From Catajapyx aquilonaris (Eukaryota): 36,633 nt of DNA. The notes beneath the pieces were generated by a model that was not told the origin of the DNA, did not search any database, and saw only the letters and a program-made list of their open reading frames with translations. The translations under genes and the position numbers were made by a program. The stretch spans positions 1-36,633 of the forward strand of contig JYFJ02003907.1 of the NCBI GenBank assembly GCA_000934665.2, read 5' to 3'. Every line of letters begins with the position of its first letter. Within the stretch, counting starts at the first letter, position 1. Shown here piece by piece: positions 21,634 to 32,979 of this stretch.

Positions 21634-21779
21634 GCTCACGACAAGAGCTTCGAGAAGGTCCGTGTTTTGATGTACGAACTAGTAACATACCGTAGTAAGA
21701 TTCTGTCTGAGACTCTCCCAGTGGATGAGCTAAAAGAACTGAAGCAGTTGGTCACTGCCAAGATTGATACTGGAAACAA
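21634..21779 (+). CDS. mbc: DOCK1/mbc exon 4
   Basis: [38 protein letters not shown]. Confidence 0.93.
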
Positions 21780-21846
21780 GTAAGTATAGTAATAAGTAAA
21801 ATGCACTAGTTATTAGTTCAGTTACTAATTCTTCTTTTACTTGCAG

Positions 21847-21970
21847 TCTCTTAGGGTTGGACTTGGTAGTTAGGGATGAGCAGGGTAATATTCTCAATCC
21901 AGATATCACTTCTACTGTGCAATTGTTTCGTCAGCATGAGCAGACTACTGAAAGGATTAAAAGAGTTACG
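21847..21970 (+). CDS. mbc: DOCK1/mbc exon 5
   Basis: LLGLDLVVRDEQGNILNPDITSTVQLFRQH; CAG/GTGAGT. Confidence 0.93.
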
Positions 21971-22382
21971 GTGAGTGTGAACCAAAGCTGGAAACTTTCG
22001 TGGGCTGATTAAAACTTTGCTGATGTTTTTTAAATCATTTTGGGAGGGTCAGCAAAAAAAATCTGCTGAATTTTTATTACTTACACGATATAGGTATGTA
22101 ATGATTGAAATTGGTCGGAGTGTTTGCGGCTGGGGATGGTTATTTTGTTTTGTTTTTCCCGCTGTTTGATGAGACCGGTTGGTATTAAGTGAACACCATA
22201 GGTTCATCACCTTTTTTCAATCACTTCTACCAGTATACACCCCTTGAACTAACTTTTCTTATGGCTGTGACAGCCTGCAATAATTTAATTTATTTGACAC
22301 CTGGTAGGTCTCAAGATCCTTGCAGGTGACTGAAATGACCCAATGTGAATACGAATTTCCATGTTAATTTATATCGTTGCAG

Positions 22383-22610
22383 GCTAACAGATCTCTGACA
22401 CCAGTAAGATCAGCACCATACTACAGCCGTGTCCTCTACGTCTCAGTCAGAAATCTGGTGTTTAAGGTCCAGGAGGACACTGAGCTTCTACTGGTCTTAT
22501 ATGATCCTAAGGAAGGAAAGGCCATCTCGGAAAACTATGCCATGAGATGGGGCAGGGATCGAGTCAGTCGGCACTTGGAGCAACCAAACAGCCTGCGAGT
22601 CCTCTTCACG
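22383..22610 (+). CDS. mbc: DOCK1/mbc exon 6
   Basis: LYVSVRNLVFKVQEDTELLLVLYDPKEGKAISENY...LRVLFT; CAG/GTCAGT. Confidence 0.92.
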
Positions 22611-22894
22611 GTCAGTACATGTGCCAATACTGGATTACAAAACTCCCTATTTTTATGCCATTGCAGCCAAAGTGCAAGGCATTTCACATTGTAAAAGGGT
22701 CAGACCTTCATCATATCTCCTCCAGGGGAGCATTCTCCATTGCTTGTGTAGTTGGTGACAGTTTAATTATTTTTGAAACCCATACTTCTCTTGAGGTAAG
22801 TTTTGGTGGGATATTATGATGTGTGGGGTATCCTCTCCATGCTGAAATCAGAAGGTTAAGGTGTACACTTTTTTTGCTGCAGGATTTTTGAAAA

Positions 22895-23461
22895 TTTTTG
22901 TTACCTCATGATAGGGCCACAGACCCTCTTAGAGGGGTGGAATACCACCATTTCCCCTCAATTTTTTGCATTTTTCTTCAACTCCGGTACAAGGATGAAA
23001 GGACATGGGGTGAAGGGTGGTATCCACTGCTCAATATCAAGGGGTTTCAGCCCGTTCAACCCCTTGAATCCACCCCTTGAGGGGGCTTGAACCGAGCAGA
23101 GAGTAGAGCACGGCCCTACTTGATTCAACCCATTGAATTCAAGGGGTTGAATCAAGTAGGGCTGTGCTCTACTCGGTTCAAGCCCGCTCAAGGGGTTGAA
23201 CGGGTTGAAATCCCTTGATATTGACCAGTGGATACCACCCTTAAGGATGGGGATTTCTGGGGAGGAGACACAGATGCAGGCGCAATGTCTGAAAAAGGGT
23301 CACGTGCAGTCTCCCTGGAGGTTAGGCTGCCAGACGCCTCCAAGGCGCGGGTCAGAGACCCTCCTGACGCAAGCAAAAGGGAACTCCTGGGTGGGGTTCG
23401 AACCTGGGACCTTCTGCAAAGCAATTCGAGACATTACCGTCTTGGCCACCGTGCCTCTCTC
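22895..23461 (-). mobile_element. tRNA-derived SINE (family C) interrupted by a MITE
   Basis: Minus-strand A box TGGCCAAGACGG (23437-23448), B box GGTTCGAACC (23395-23404), 3' hairpin and A-tail near 22895-22940. Confidence 0.85.
23014..23241. mobile_element. Fully palindromic PIF/Harbinger MITE nested in the SINE
   Basis: AGGGTGGTATCCACTG...CAGTGGATACCACCCT, symmetric about GAATTC (23135-23140); flanks TGA/TAA. Confidence 0.92.
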
Positions 23462-23751
23462 TCCCCCCCCCCCNCCCCCCCCCCCCCCACTCATTCATTC
23501 ACACCGTGGCTTGTCTCTAATTGAAGGGGTACCCAGTGGTAGCAAGGAAATGCAAGAATGACATGCTACTGTAGTCCTATATGAAAAAATGAAAATGCAA
23601 AGAAAGCATTCCTTTGTGTCACAGCACTTGCATTTTAGCAATAGAATTTTTTTCGCTGCTCTTGCAGTACATGCATCACATACAGTCAGAGTGAGTGTTG
23701 TCATGGCCATTTTAAAACCAGCTCATGTCAATTTCACCTATTCTTTTTCAG

Positions 23752-24047
23752 GACCTTGGGGCAAAGGATTTATCCAGGGAGAAGCTCTACCTTGTGGCAT
23801 ATGTGATTCGTGTCGGTAGCATGGAAGCCAAGGAAAGCACAGCAGGAGAGAAGGACTCTAGAACCTCACGTTTCTCTACCGTTTCGAATTCTTCTTCATC
23901 ATCTGGAAATGCCGTTCCCAACCTGAAAAAAGGCCCACATGAGTTGCTGAGGCGGCCCTTTGGAGTTGCTGCCAAGGACATCACAGACATACTTTCAGGA
24001 AAGCTTGATGTCTCTGAAGACGAGGAGCACTTTATGCCTGTCCTGCA
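23752..24047 (+). CDS. mbc: DOCK1/mbc exon 7
   Basis: DLGAKDLSREKLYLVAYVIRVGSM...LRRPFGVAAKDIT; CAG/GTACGT, phase 2. Confidence 0.92.
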
Positions 24048-24135
24048 GTACGTATAATGAAAACTTGATATTTTGAAGTGTTTTATATAATTGTAGAAAA
24101 CTTGACTGTGACTGTACTTATTTTGCTTCTCATAG

Positions 24136-24535
24136 ATGTGGAGAAAAGGATCACTTGGATGGTACCTTGAAGAAGCTGCTGGGCCTGAAGGAAGTAGGGG
24201 CAAAGGAGAGTAAAGGCCAGGGATTGTGGTGCTCACTCAAAGTCCTGCAAGGTGACCTAAGACAAGCTAGGGAAGATCATCCACACCTCTTAGTGGCACC
24301 TGGCGGAGGAGTAGTTGGAGGGGGAGTTGTTGGAGTTGGCAATCCTGCAGGTGTGGGTGTAGGAGTAGCAGTTGCCAGGAAGATGGGGTTTCCAGAAGTG
24401 ATCCTACCAGGGGATGTCAGGAATGATCTGTACCTGACTCTCATCTCAGGGGAATTTTCCAAGGGTTCCAAGTCTACTGACAAGAATGTTGAAGTCACTG
24501 TCCGGGTGTGTGACAATAGAGGAAAAGTACTACAA
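24136..24535 (+). CDS. mbc: DOCK1/mbc exon 8 (start of DHR-1/C2 domain)
   Basis: GQGLWCSLK...VARKMGFPEVILPGDVRNDLYLTL...KNVEVTV; TAG/GTGAGT. Confidence 0.95.
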
Positions 24536-24566
24536 GTGAGTCAGGTCTTTAATATTGCTGTTTAAT

Positions 24567-25061
<495 letters not shown>

Positions 25062-25926
25062 CTGTTTAATCCAGGGAAGAAGTGTTTCATGTTCAGTCAG
25101 AATCACGAGATGCAGTTATGCATTTTCAGGACTTATTGTTATTTTTGAACCACTGTCTACACATACTGTCCAATCTCTAATGGATGGTTTACACTGTTTG
25201 AAATTGATAATTTTTAAATGAACATGCATCAACCAATGTCACTTCTATTACTGGAAGCAAATAATATAGTCTGATATAGTCCTTCTTGGACACACCTTCA
25301 GTCACTTTGGCAATTTTGCTTGCTCAATACATGTATACTGGCAACAAAAGGGAGATTTAACTCTTGACGGGATGGACGGGTAGGTTGATCATGACCTATC
25401 TCACCTTATCAGTTACTTCACTTTGGTTTGTTATTTGACTCTGGCCCAGGCCCTTTAATGTTAAAAAGAATTGCTAAATCCTTATTCATGATTTTGATCC
25501 AGATTTCTCAGTTGGGGATATAATTATGTAGAAAGTGAATTTCACTTTTCCATCAAATATTAGGAACAACTGTACTAAGAACTATTGATTTTTGCCAATA
25601 CCAGTATACTGGAACCCATCCTTGGTACTATAATGAAGCATTTCAATGACACAGAGCTCAAGATTCTGCAAGCTAAGTCATAACGTCACTGGAAAGGGTG
25701 TCAATGAAGGACTAGGAAATGGGTTGATATGAACGAGACACCAGCGGATATACGTACAATCTGACCGAAAAAAGAGTCTGCTTTTAAAGGTTGTGAAGTG
25801 ATTAAAAAGGTAGTTGTGAAACTCTGATAACATCTGGAAGGCATTGGATCAGAATTAGATATTGATTGTTGTGTTTTTCTGAGAATATATTTTTCCCTTT
25901 GTTGATAAACTCTCTTCTTTTTCTAG

Positions 25927-26377
25927 AATGTGGTGGTAATGGGTGGTGGTGTGGAGCCTCAGAGTGAATATCACTCAGTGATTTATTACCATGAAGACAA
26001 ACCAAAGTGGCTGGAAACAATTCGTGTGGCCATCCCAATAGACGAGTTTTATGACAGCCATCTACGCTTCACCTTCAAGCATAGGTCTTCAAATGAAGCC
26101 AAGGACCGCTCCGAGAAGAGTTTTGCTTTAGCTTTTGTTCGCTTAATGCAACCTGATGGCACCACCCTGGGAGATATTGCCCATGACCTCCTAGTTTTCA
26201 AGCTGGACCATCGGAAATGGGAGGAGGAGTCTGCTGCATATCTTACTCTTCCAGCCACCAGGAAGGAGATGGCAGCTGGAAATGGTCACAAGCCTCAGGC
26301 ACAAGGAATGTCACTCAGCTCCAAGGACTCTTTTGCTATTGCTACCACTGTTTGCTCCACTAAACTGACTCAAAATG
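25927..26377 (+). CDS. mbc: DOCK1/mbc exon 9 (DHR-1/C2 domain)
   Basis: YHSVIYYHEDKPKWLETI...HLRFTFKHRSS...CSTKLTQN; TAG/GTAAGC. Confidence 0.95.
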
Positions 26378-26865
26378 GTAAGCGGCACTCTGCTTTGGAT
26401 GCCAGTTTTTTTTTTCTACATTATTTTGGTGACTGGCTCAACTTATTCATTTGAATAAACCTTGTAATAGTTTCAAACACTGGGCTTTCCTAACTATTAC
26501 TGCATTTAATTATTAATATAAATTGTTGACTGATTGTTACAGAGGCAAAAAAAAAATTGTAATAAAACCAAAAAATGTAAGTGTGTTGAACTTACAAGTT
26601 GGGGCATGGAGCACTGCTGAGTAGAAAAAATACAGCCTGATAGCACTTGTTATGATTTGTTGACAAAAACTAACCAGTAATTAGAAATAAGTGCAATACG
26701 ATTGAATTTGGTGTTCCCTGCCCTTAGAGTAAAATTAAGAAGTCATATTATACTGTACCAGGATATTACCCTATACTGCCACCTGTCTCCACATTATACA
26801 GATTTGGGAAAGCACCCCAACTTCAGAGGCTTTTACTTAAGCCTTTTTTTTTTATGTACTTATAG

Positions 26866-27053
26866 TTGATTTGCTGGGCTTGCTGCAGTGGTGGTCCAAT
26901 GAGGATGGACTTCAGAAAAGCTTGCAGGCGTTCATGAAGGTGGATGGAGAGGAGGTGGTAAAATTTTTGCAGGATGTTCTTGATGCTCTTTTTAACATCC
27001 TCATGAAAAATTCTGACTCTGACCTTTATGACAACCTTGTATTTGAATGCCTG
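26866..27053 (+). CDS. mbc: DOCK1/mbc exon 10
   Basis: DLLGLLQW...[30 protein letters not shown]. Confidence 0.95.
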
Positions 27054-27118
27054 GTAAGTAATAGCATTGTAGAGCATCATTTTTCTAAGGAACCTAATTG
27101 CTTGGCTTCATATGCCAG

Positions 27119-27219
27119 ATTTACATAATTGGACTGGTGTCAGATCGCAAGTACCAGCACTTCCAGCCTGTTCTGGATGTATATATACAGGAGAACTTCA
27201 GTGCAACTTTAGCCTACAA
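27119..27219 (+). CDS. mbc: DOCK1/mbc exon 11
   Basis: [42 protein letters not shown]. Confidence 0.93.
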
Positions 27220-27281
27220 GTAAGATTTGCTAATTTTCAGTTTGTCAAGGCTTGTCATTAACTCCTTTCTCAATATTTTAG

Positions 27282-27416
27282 CAAGCTAATAGTTGTACTC
27301 AAGTATTATGTGGACAACGCCAACTCTCAAGAGAGCCAGGATATACTTCTGAAAGCCATGAAATGCTTACAGTACCTTATGAAGTTCATCGTCAGGTCAC
27401 GTCAGTTATTTGCAAC
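27282..27416 (+). CDS. mbc: DOCK1/mbc exon 12
   Basis: KLIVVLKYYVD...LLKAMKCLQYLMKFIVRSRQLF; TAG/GTAAGT, phase 2/2. Confidence 0.93.
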
Positions 27417-27646
27417 GTAAGTAGAAGTTGTAGCACATATGTGACTGTTTTTTCCCTGTTCTTCCACAATAGTTTGCACTTAGTTATGATGAGATGGTTC
27501 AAAATAATCAGACTGTGGCATAAAGTTCTTATGAAGGAAGACAGTATAGAGTACGTGCCCATCCCCAGTGTAGTTTGCCCGCCCCCAAAAAATGTAATGG
27601 TGGGGTAATAAACAAAATGTGATAAAAAATCACCGTTAAGATTATA

Positions 27647-28011
27647 CAGGGTGATCAAACTTTTTTGTCTTTTTAGTTATTGACAAATTCAGTCTAAGCT
27701 GCTTATATTGTAGCCCGTTCCCTGGCAACCCCGTCCGGTGGGCCAATTCAAAAATCAGCCCATGGAGAGCGCTTCCATTGTTGCCACTGTTTACAAATCG
27801 AGTGAGTGACGCGGACGACCCAGCGACGGGTCTCTTCTGCCTGCTCACTCACTCACTCGATTTGTAAACAGTGGCAACAATGGAAGCGCTCTCCATGGGC
27901 TGATGTTTGAACTGGCCCGCCGGATGGCGTTGCCAGGGAACGGGCTACAATATAAGCAGCTTAGGCTGAATTTGTCAATAACTAAAACGACAAAAAAGTT
28001 TGATCACCCTG
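27647..28011. mobile_element. Palindromic Tc1/mariner-type MITE
   Basis: TA|CAGGGTGATCAAAC ... GTTTGATCACCCTG|TA; about 163-bp near-perfect arms with a loop of about 39 nt. Confidence 0.95.
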
Positions 28012-28734
28012 TATAGACTTTTGAATAGATAATCATGAAGCGTAACAATGGAGTTAGGCACACACCAAAGTTGAAGTTGATTTGACAGTTAACAACTGAA
28101 AAAAATATGATTACACCTTGAAGTGTGAATTTCTGTGGGGTATAGTAAAAATTGCAGCCACTACTTTTATACGTTACTTAGCAGGACATTAATTTTAATA
28201 ATGAACCTACGGGGCCACACAAATCCGAAGAGTGTATTAAAATCAATTACAAAAAAATCTAACACAGAATTAAAAAATATTATGGCTCGCGGACTTTTTC
28301 TGAATTTGCTACACGTTGGTGTACAACATTTAACAGCGTTATTTATAAATAAATAAAAATGTGACAACATTGTCTATTTAGACCTCAGTCCAATGTGCTA
28401 CGATTAAAAAATTTCAATTCAATTAACGTGAAATGGTTTTTAAAATTCCTGCATTAAAAATGTACAGAAAATTCGACATCTGCAAGCCGTGATAAACATT
28501 TTAAAATTCCGTGGTAGATTTTTTGTAATTAATTTTAATGCTGTCTTAGGATTCGTGGGGCACCTCAGGTTAATTTTTAAATTAATGTCCTGCTTAAGTA
28601 ACATACCAACGTAGTGGCAGCAATTTTTACCAGACCCCACAGAAATTCACTGTCCTAGGTGTAATCATATTTATTTCAGTTGTTAACTGTCAAATCAACT
28701 CTCCAATGTTACAATTAATAATTATCCATTCTTA

Positions 28735-28988
28735 CAGTGGCGTAGGCAGGAAATTTTTTCGGGGGGGGCCCATGGCTGATCGGTCCGTTTCATAATATTG
28801 TAACCTATTGTAAGACTTTTTTGACGTATCATAACAGTATTCGAGTCGGAGGGGGGAGGGGGAGGATTTCATAAACCGCGAAAATTTTCTTTACTGTTAC
28901 ATAATGTAATGCATTTATTGATTTTTCTTAACATTTCAGGGGGGCCCCGGCCCCCCCGGCCTCCCCCCCCCCCCTGCCTACGCCACTG
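28735..28988. mobile_element. MITE with CAGTGGCGTAGGCAGG TIR and 7-bp TSD (hAT/P-like)
   Basis: Perfect 16-bp TIR; ATTCTTA at 28728-28734 and 28989-28995. Confidence 0.92.
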
Positions 28989-29357
28989 ATTCTTAAGTCC
29001 AGATAATCTTATGGATATTTTGTATAACATTTTGTTTATTACCCTCGCCACTCCACTTTTTGGGGGTGGGCGGACTACACTGAGGTTGAGCAAGTATACC
29101 ATTAATATTGTTATAGTGTCCATCTTAATGCCTTTTTGAAATGTTAACTCTGTTGCACGAATCACTAAATTCAGTACTTTCCTTTGTTCCCTGCATTGTT
29201 AGGTACAAAGGATCACTAAGGAGTGATAGTGACGGTTGATCCTTGTTTCCTCTGGCAGGAACCAGTGGAAGTTAATAGCATTAGCAAACAGAAACATGCC
29301 TTTAAGATGTGAATAATATAGGCACCAACAACTTAATTAAGGCACCGTTTTTCTCAG

Positions 29358-29712
29358 ATTGTATGAAGGCAAGGGACAGGAGACATTCTGTGAATCCCTG
29401 TGTGGGCTTCTACAGAGCTTGTCTGGCCTGATGCTCCACAGTGCTGATGCCACACTGACTGCACAAGGGGCCTGCCTCAAATATCTCCCTTCAGCCATCC
29501 CAGATCTTCTAGCCGTGTTTGATGCTCGACAGCTCACTAGGCTTCTTGTGGAGCTAGTGTCAAATGTTCCTGCTGGAAGACTGGCCAAACAGAAAATGAC
29601 CACTGTCAATGATCTGGTACACTCCAGGCTCTTCCTGTTCCCTGACTGCAGGGCCCTTCTGCTACCCACAGTTGCAGAGAAGGTCAGGGAGTTGCTTCAG
29701 GGTTCAGATGAG
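29358..29712 (+). CDS. mbc: DOCK1/mbc exon 13
   Basis: LYEGKGQ...QGACLKYLPSAIPDL...LVHSRLF...CRALLLP; CAG/GTAAGT. Confidence 0.93.
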
Positions 29713-30537
29713 GTAAGTACAGATGATATTCTTGGGTGTAAGATTTTTGGGAGTGAATATATCTTGGAATTGTGACAAGTTCTAGTTTTTTCATTACACT
29801 TATTTGAGTAAAGGACAAAACATTGCTTAATGGTTCCATGTTTAATGGTTTAATGGCTGAGGTGGTATAGTGGTTTGGTCAGTTTGGTATTGCTAAGATA
29901 GTGACTCAATATCACACAAGTCAATAGTGTACATGCAAATCACACTAATCTACCTTCATTTTTCTTGAGAGATTCTGATACATGTATTTGCATTATTATT
30001 ATTATTAAGTTAACTTCCATCATAATATGGTTTTACTCACTACATCTTTCATAGGGAATAATGTGATGAGTTTTTGAAATGAGACATCAGCACTAGTAGA
30101 ACTAACATTTGATTTGGAATGATGTGCTTAATTACATGTGATATGATATAATTATGACAGAACATTTGAAATGAGCAACTTATGATTAAGCTGAAAACTG
30201 AACCATCACTTGATGCACTTGGTTGTAATAAACTCAGGGTTCCAGGTAGGATTCATCATCAAATATATGGCACTGAAAGAACAGGGAATTATGTGGCCCT
30301 AGATACAGTACCATGCAGCAATGTTGGGGGTTTTCCCCAGTAACAATGATGTGAAAGTTGGTTAGGTATTGCAAATTTTAAGGAGTAGTGCTACATACTT
30401 ATTGAACATGACATTTTCTTCAGTGAAGTAATAATGATGACGATATAAAGGCCATTCAAATGAAAACAAGCCAAGGTCTTGAAAATTACTGGATGAGTTT
30501 CTCATGGCATATTCTACACAAAACAAAGGTGGTAGTG

Positions 30538-31083
30538 CTGTAGTGTTATAATGCACTGACAGATTGTGATTCAATGCTGCGACACAGTAGCATTGTGCCT
30601 TTGTTAAGGACTCCCATCAAAAAAATGGTATAGTCAGATATGGAAGCAGGTAGCATTGAGCAGTGAGAGGGGTATTCTGCTTTTGAACTACGGAGTGTGT
30701 CAGGAATACAGGAATCCATCACCATATGAGTACCATGTACAAAAACTGTCTTTGTCACGTGTTAAAGCTTGGAGTAATTGGTTCAGAGAAGGGCAGTCAT
30801 TGTTGACTGATGATTCTAGTCCAGAGCAAGCAAACCATTTACCCCAGGCTTTAACATCTGACAAAGCCATGAACTTTTTGTACATGGTACTTATATGGCA
30901 ATAAATTTCTGTACTCCCGACACTTTCTGTAGTTCAAAACCATCTTACTACTTGCTGTTCAACATTCCTCGCTTCCATATCTGACTGGATGGTTTTATTG
31001 ACAGGGTTCCTGAACAAAGGCACACTGCCACTGTGTCATTTGATCAAATCATAATCTGTCAGTGCATCATAACTAGAGTACAG
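30538..31083. mobile_element. Aged near-complete palindromic (fold-back) MITE
   Basis: Paired blocks ATGCACTGACAGATT, AGTCAGATATGGAAGC and AGTACCATGTACAAAAA with their reverse complements converge on about 30810. Confidence 0.85.
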
Positions 31084-32862
31084 ATTTTGAGGCAAATGCC
31101 TACTTACAGTTAGTTCCTTTACAGTTGGGATGGTTTTGTGAAGACATCTATCAGTTTCATAAGTGCAGGATGTGGAAAATGCAGGTTTTATAGTGCCTAC
31201 AATTGCCTATTTCCTGGTTTTGGGAACTATGTTGCATCTGGCTTTTCGCGACTTTCCATGCCTATTTTACCTATTTTGGGATAGTTTTTTATGGGATTTT
31301 TATGGGATAGTAGAACTTTTTGAAGCAATTTCGGGACTTTATGGGCCTATTCTCAACCTATTCCTTCAGAGGCGTGTTTGTTTTTTGCGTAGTGTTTTTT
31401 GTGGTCCTGAAATGACCAAAATCGTTCGAAGTAATTACAGGGTGATTCTTTCGAAACCTAACCCAAACATTCCTCAATGACTTTGTAATTATTGTACAGT
31501 TCTCAATGAAAACTGTCATGTACTTACCCTGTATGATGCCAAACAAGGTCTGCATAAAGCATATGCTGGAAATACTCCCCTCCAGCACCCAAGAATTTTT
31601 GAGTGAGAGTCTGCATACTGACATATACATGGCCGTGCAGAGGGGAGCAGGGCAGCCAGGTACACCTGCCCTGCCTTGGCCTTGCCTTGGAGTGGGGTAT
31701 AAGTGTGAGGCGGCTGGGTGCACTGGGCCTCGGAGAGTTACGGAGACCGAGGAGGACCTGCACGGGAGCAAACCAATTCGCGCCGCAGGCGCGCAAGTGG
31801 GGCACAGCCCCATGGGGGGTGGGGGGTGGGGGCGAAGCCCCCCCGCCTTGCAAAGCGAGTCAAGTGTATATAATCAAGAAAAATATTTGGTAACATACTG
31901 TGGAAGTGGAAACGGGCTAAAAGAGCTCAAGGCCAGAGCAAGTGACACTTTCTTGCACTTTGTGTCTTTTGGCCCAGTTTTGTGATTTTCTGTCAGTTTA
32001 TCGTTGTTTTTTTGGTTTTTGCTGTGGTTTGTGACCTTATATTTATACTTTAGGCCTATAATTTTCTGTAACATTATCTTCCATATGCTCGCAAAAGTAA
32101 AATTTCTGTGCCTATTTGAGTGCCCATTTCAAGGTTTTTTTGTGCCTAAAATCTGGACTCGAGTCATAACACTACAGCAGTACACCTTCATTCTGTGTAG
32201 AAGATGCTGCGGCAAACCCATTCTGCACGTGCTATGGCCTTGGTTTGTTTTCATTTGAATGACCCTTATTCTTCCCATCACTGCTTTTTCCTAGAGAGGG
32301 ATGCCAGTGATTACAGGAAACAGCAAGAATGCTTTACTTGCTCGTAATGATGGTGGTGGTGATGATGCAATTAGAGAGCAACACAATCATACAGCAATTT
32401 TCATTGTAGAAATTCATGTCTTTACTGTGTGTCTAAACACCCACAATCACTGCCACCTGCACCATCTCACATTTTACACCTGACAAATGTTCGATTTTTT
32501 TCCCCCTTCCAAAGGATGACATTTCATCAGGACCAAGCAATTTTAAAGGTTACTCTTATTTCCAAAAGCATCCAAGACAAATGAAGCAGGTACGTTACAC
32601 CTAACTGCAAGGATTGCCAAAGCACAATGTCCAGCAGTTTGTTCTACGTCGCTTCTCGTGGCTTTTATCGCCAGTCTTGCTTTCTGAGGTCCTGTGTGAA
32701 GCGAAACTGAAATCAGCGCTTTAAAAGCATCACGCTTGCCTGCCCACTGCAGCCACAATTTGGCAACCAGTTATTTTTGAACATTTTTTGCTCTATGATT
32801 TTCACATAGTCCAACTCACTTGGCCTCCTTTTTCCCTTTACCCTCCAAAAAAATACCATCAG

Positions 32863-32979
32863 GGAGGGTCTAGGAGCTCAGTCGAGTTGCGCAACAAGAC
32901 CAAATCAGTGGCCAAGGTTGCCAAGGTGTTGGGGGCCAGCAAGAGTAAGCTGCACAATCATGCAGGGCCCTCTGAGGAG
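32863..32979 (+). CDS. mbc: Candidate in-frame cassette exon of DOCK1/mbc (39 aa)
   Basis: Pyrimidine tract plus CATCAG acceptor, GAG|GTATGT donor. 117 nt, stop-free, phase 0/0 matching the flanking exons. Confidence 0.7.

Larger units (their letters stand above)
27566..29082. mobile_element. Long fold-back element with one nested MITE in each arm
   Basis: Ends CAGTGTAGTTTGCCCGCCCCCAAAA/TTTTGGGGGTGGGCGGACTACACTG. Arms pair inward to about 28350/28420 (e.g. AGTTGATTTGACAGTTAACAACTGAAA). Confidence 0.85.

Noticed and set aside
31160..32240. ORFs of 105-159 aa and TE-like motifs (TGCCTA repeats, GC-rich block at 31628-31850)
   Set aside because: Probably overlapping repeat fragments, but I could not define consistent termini or TSDs, and the ORFs show no domain.
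32295..32483. Second possible DOCK alternative or terminal exon after a TTTTTCCTAG acceptor
   Set aside because: No in-frame strong donor and an unremarkable peptide; unsupported without RNA data.
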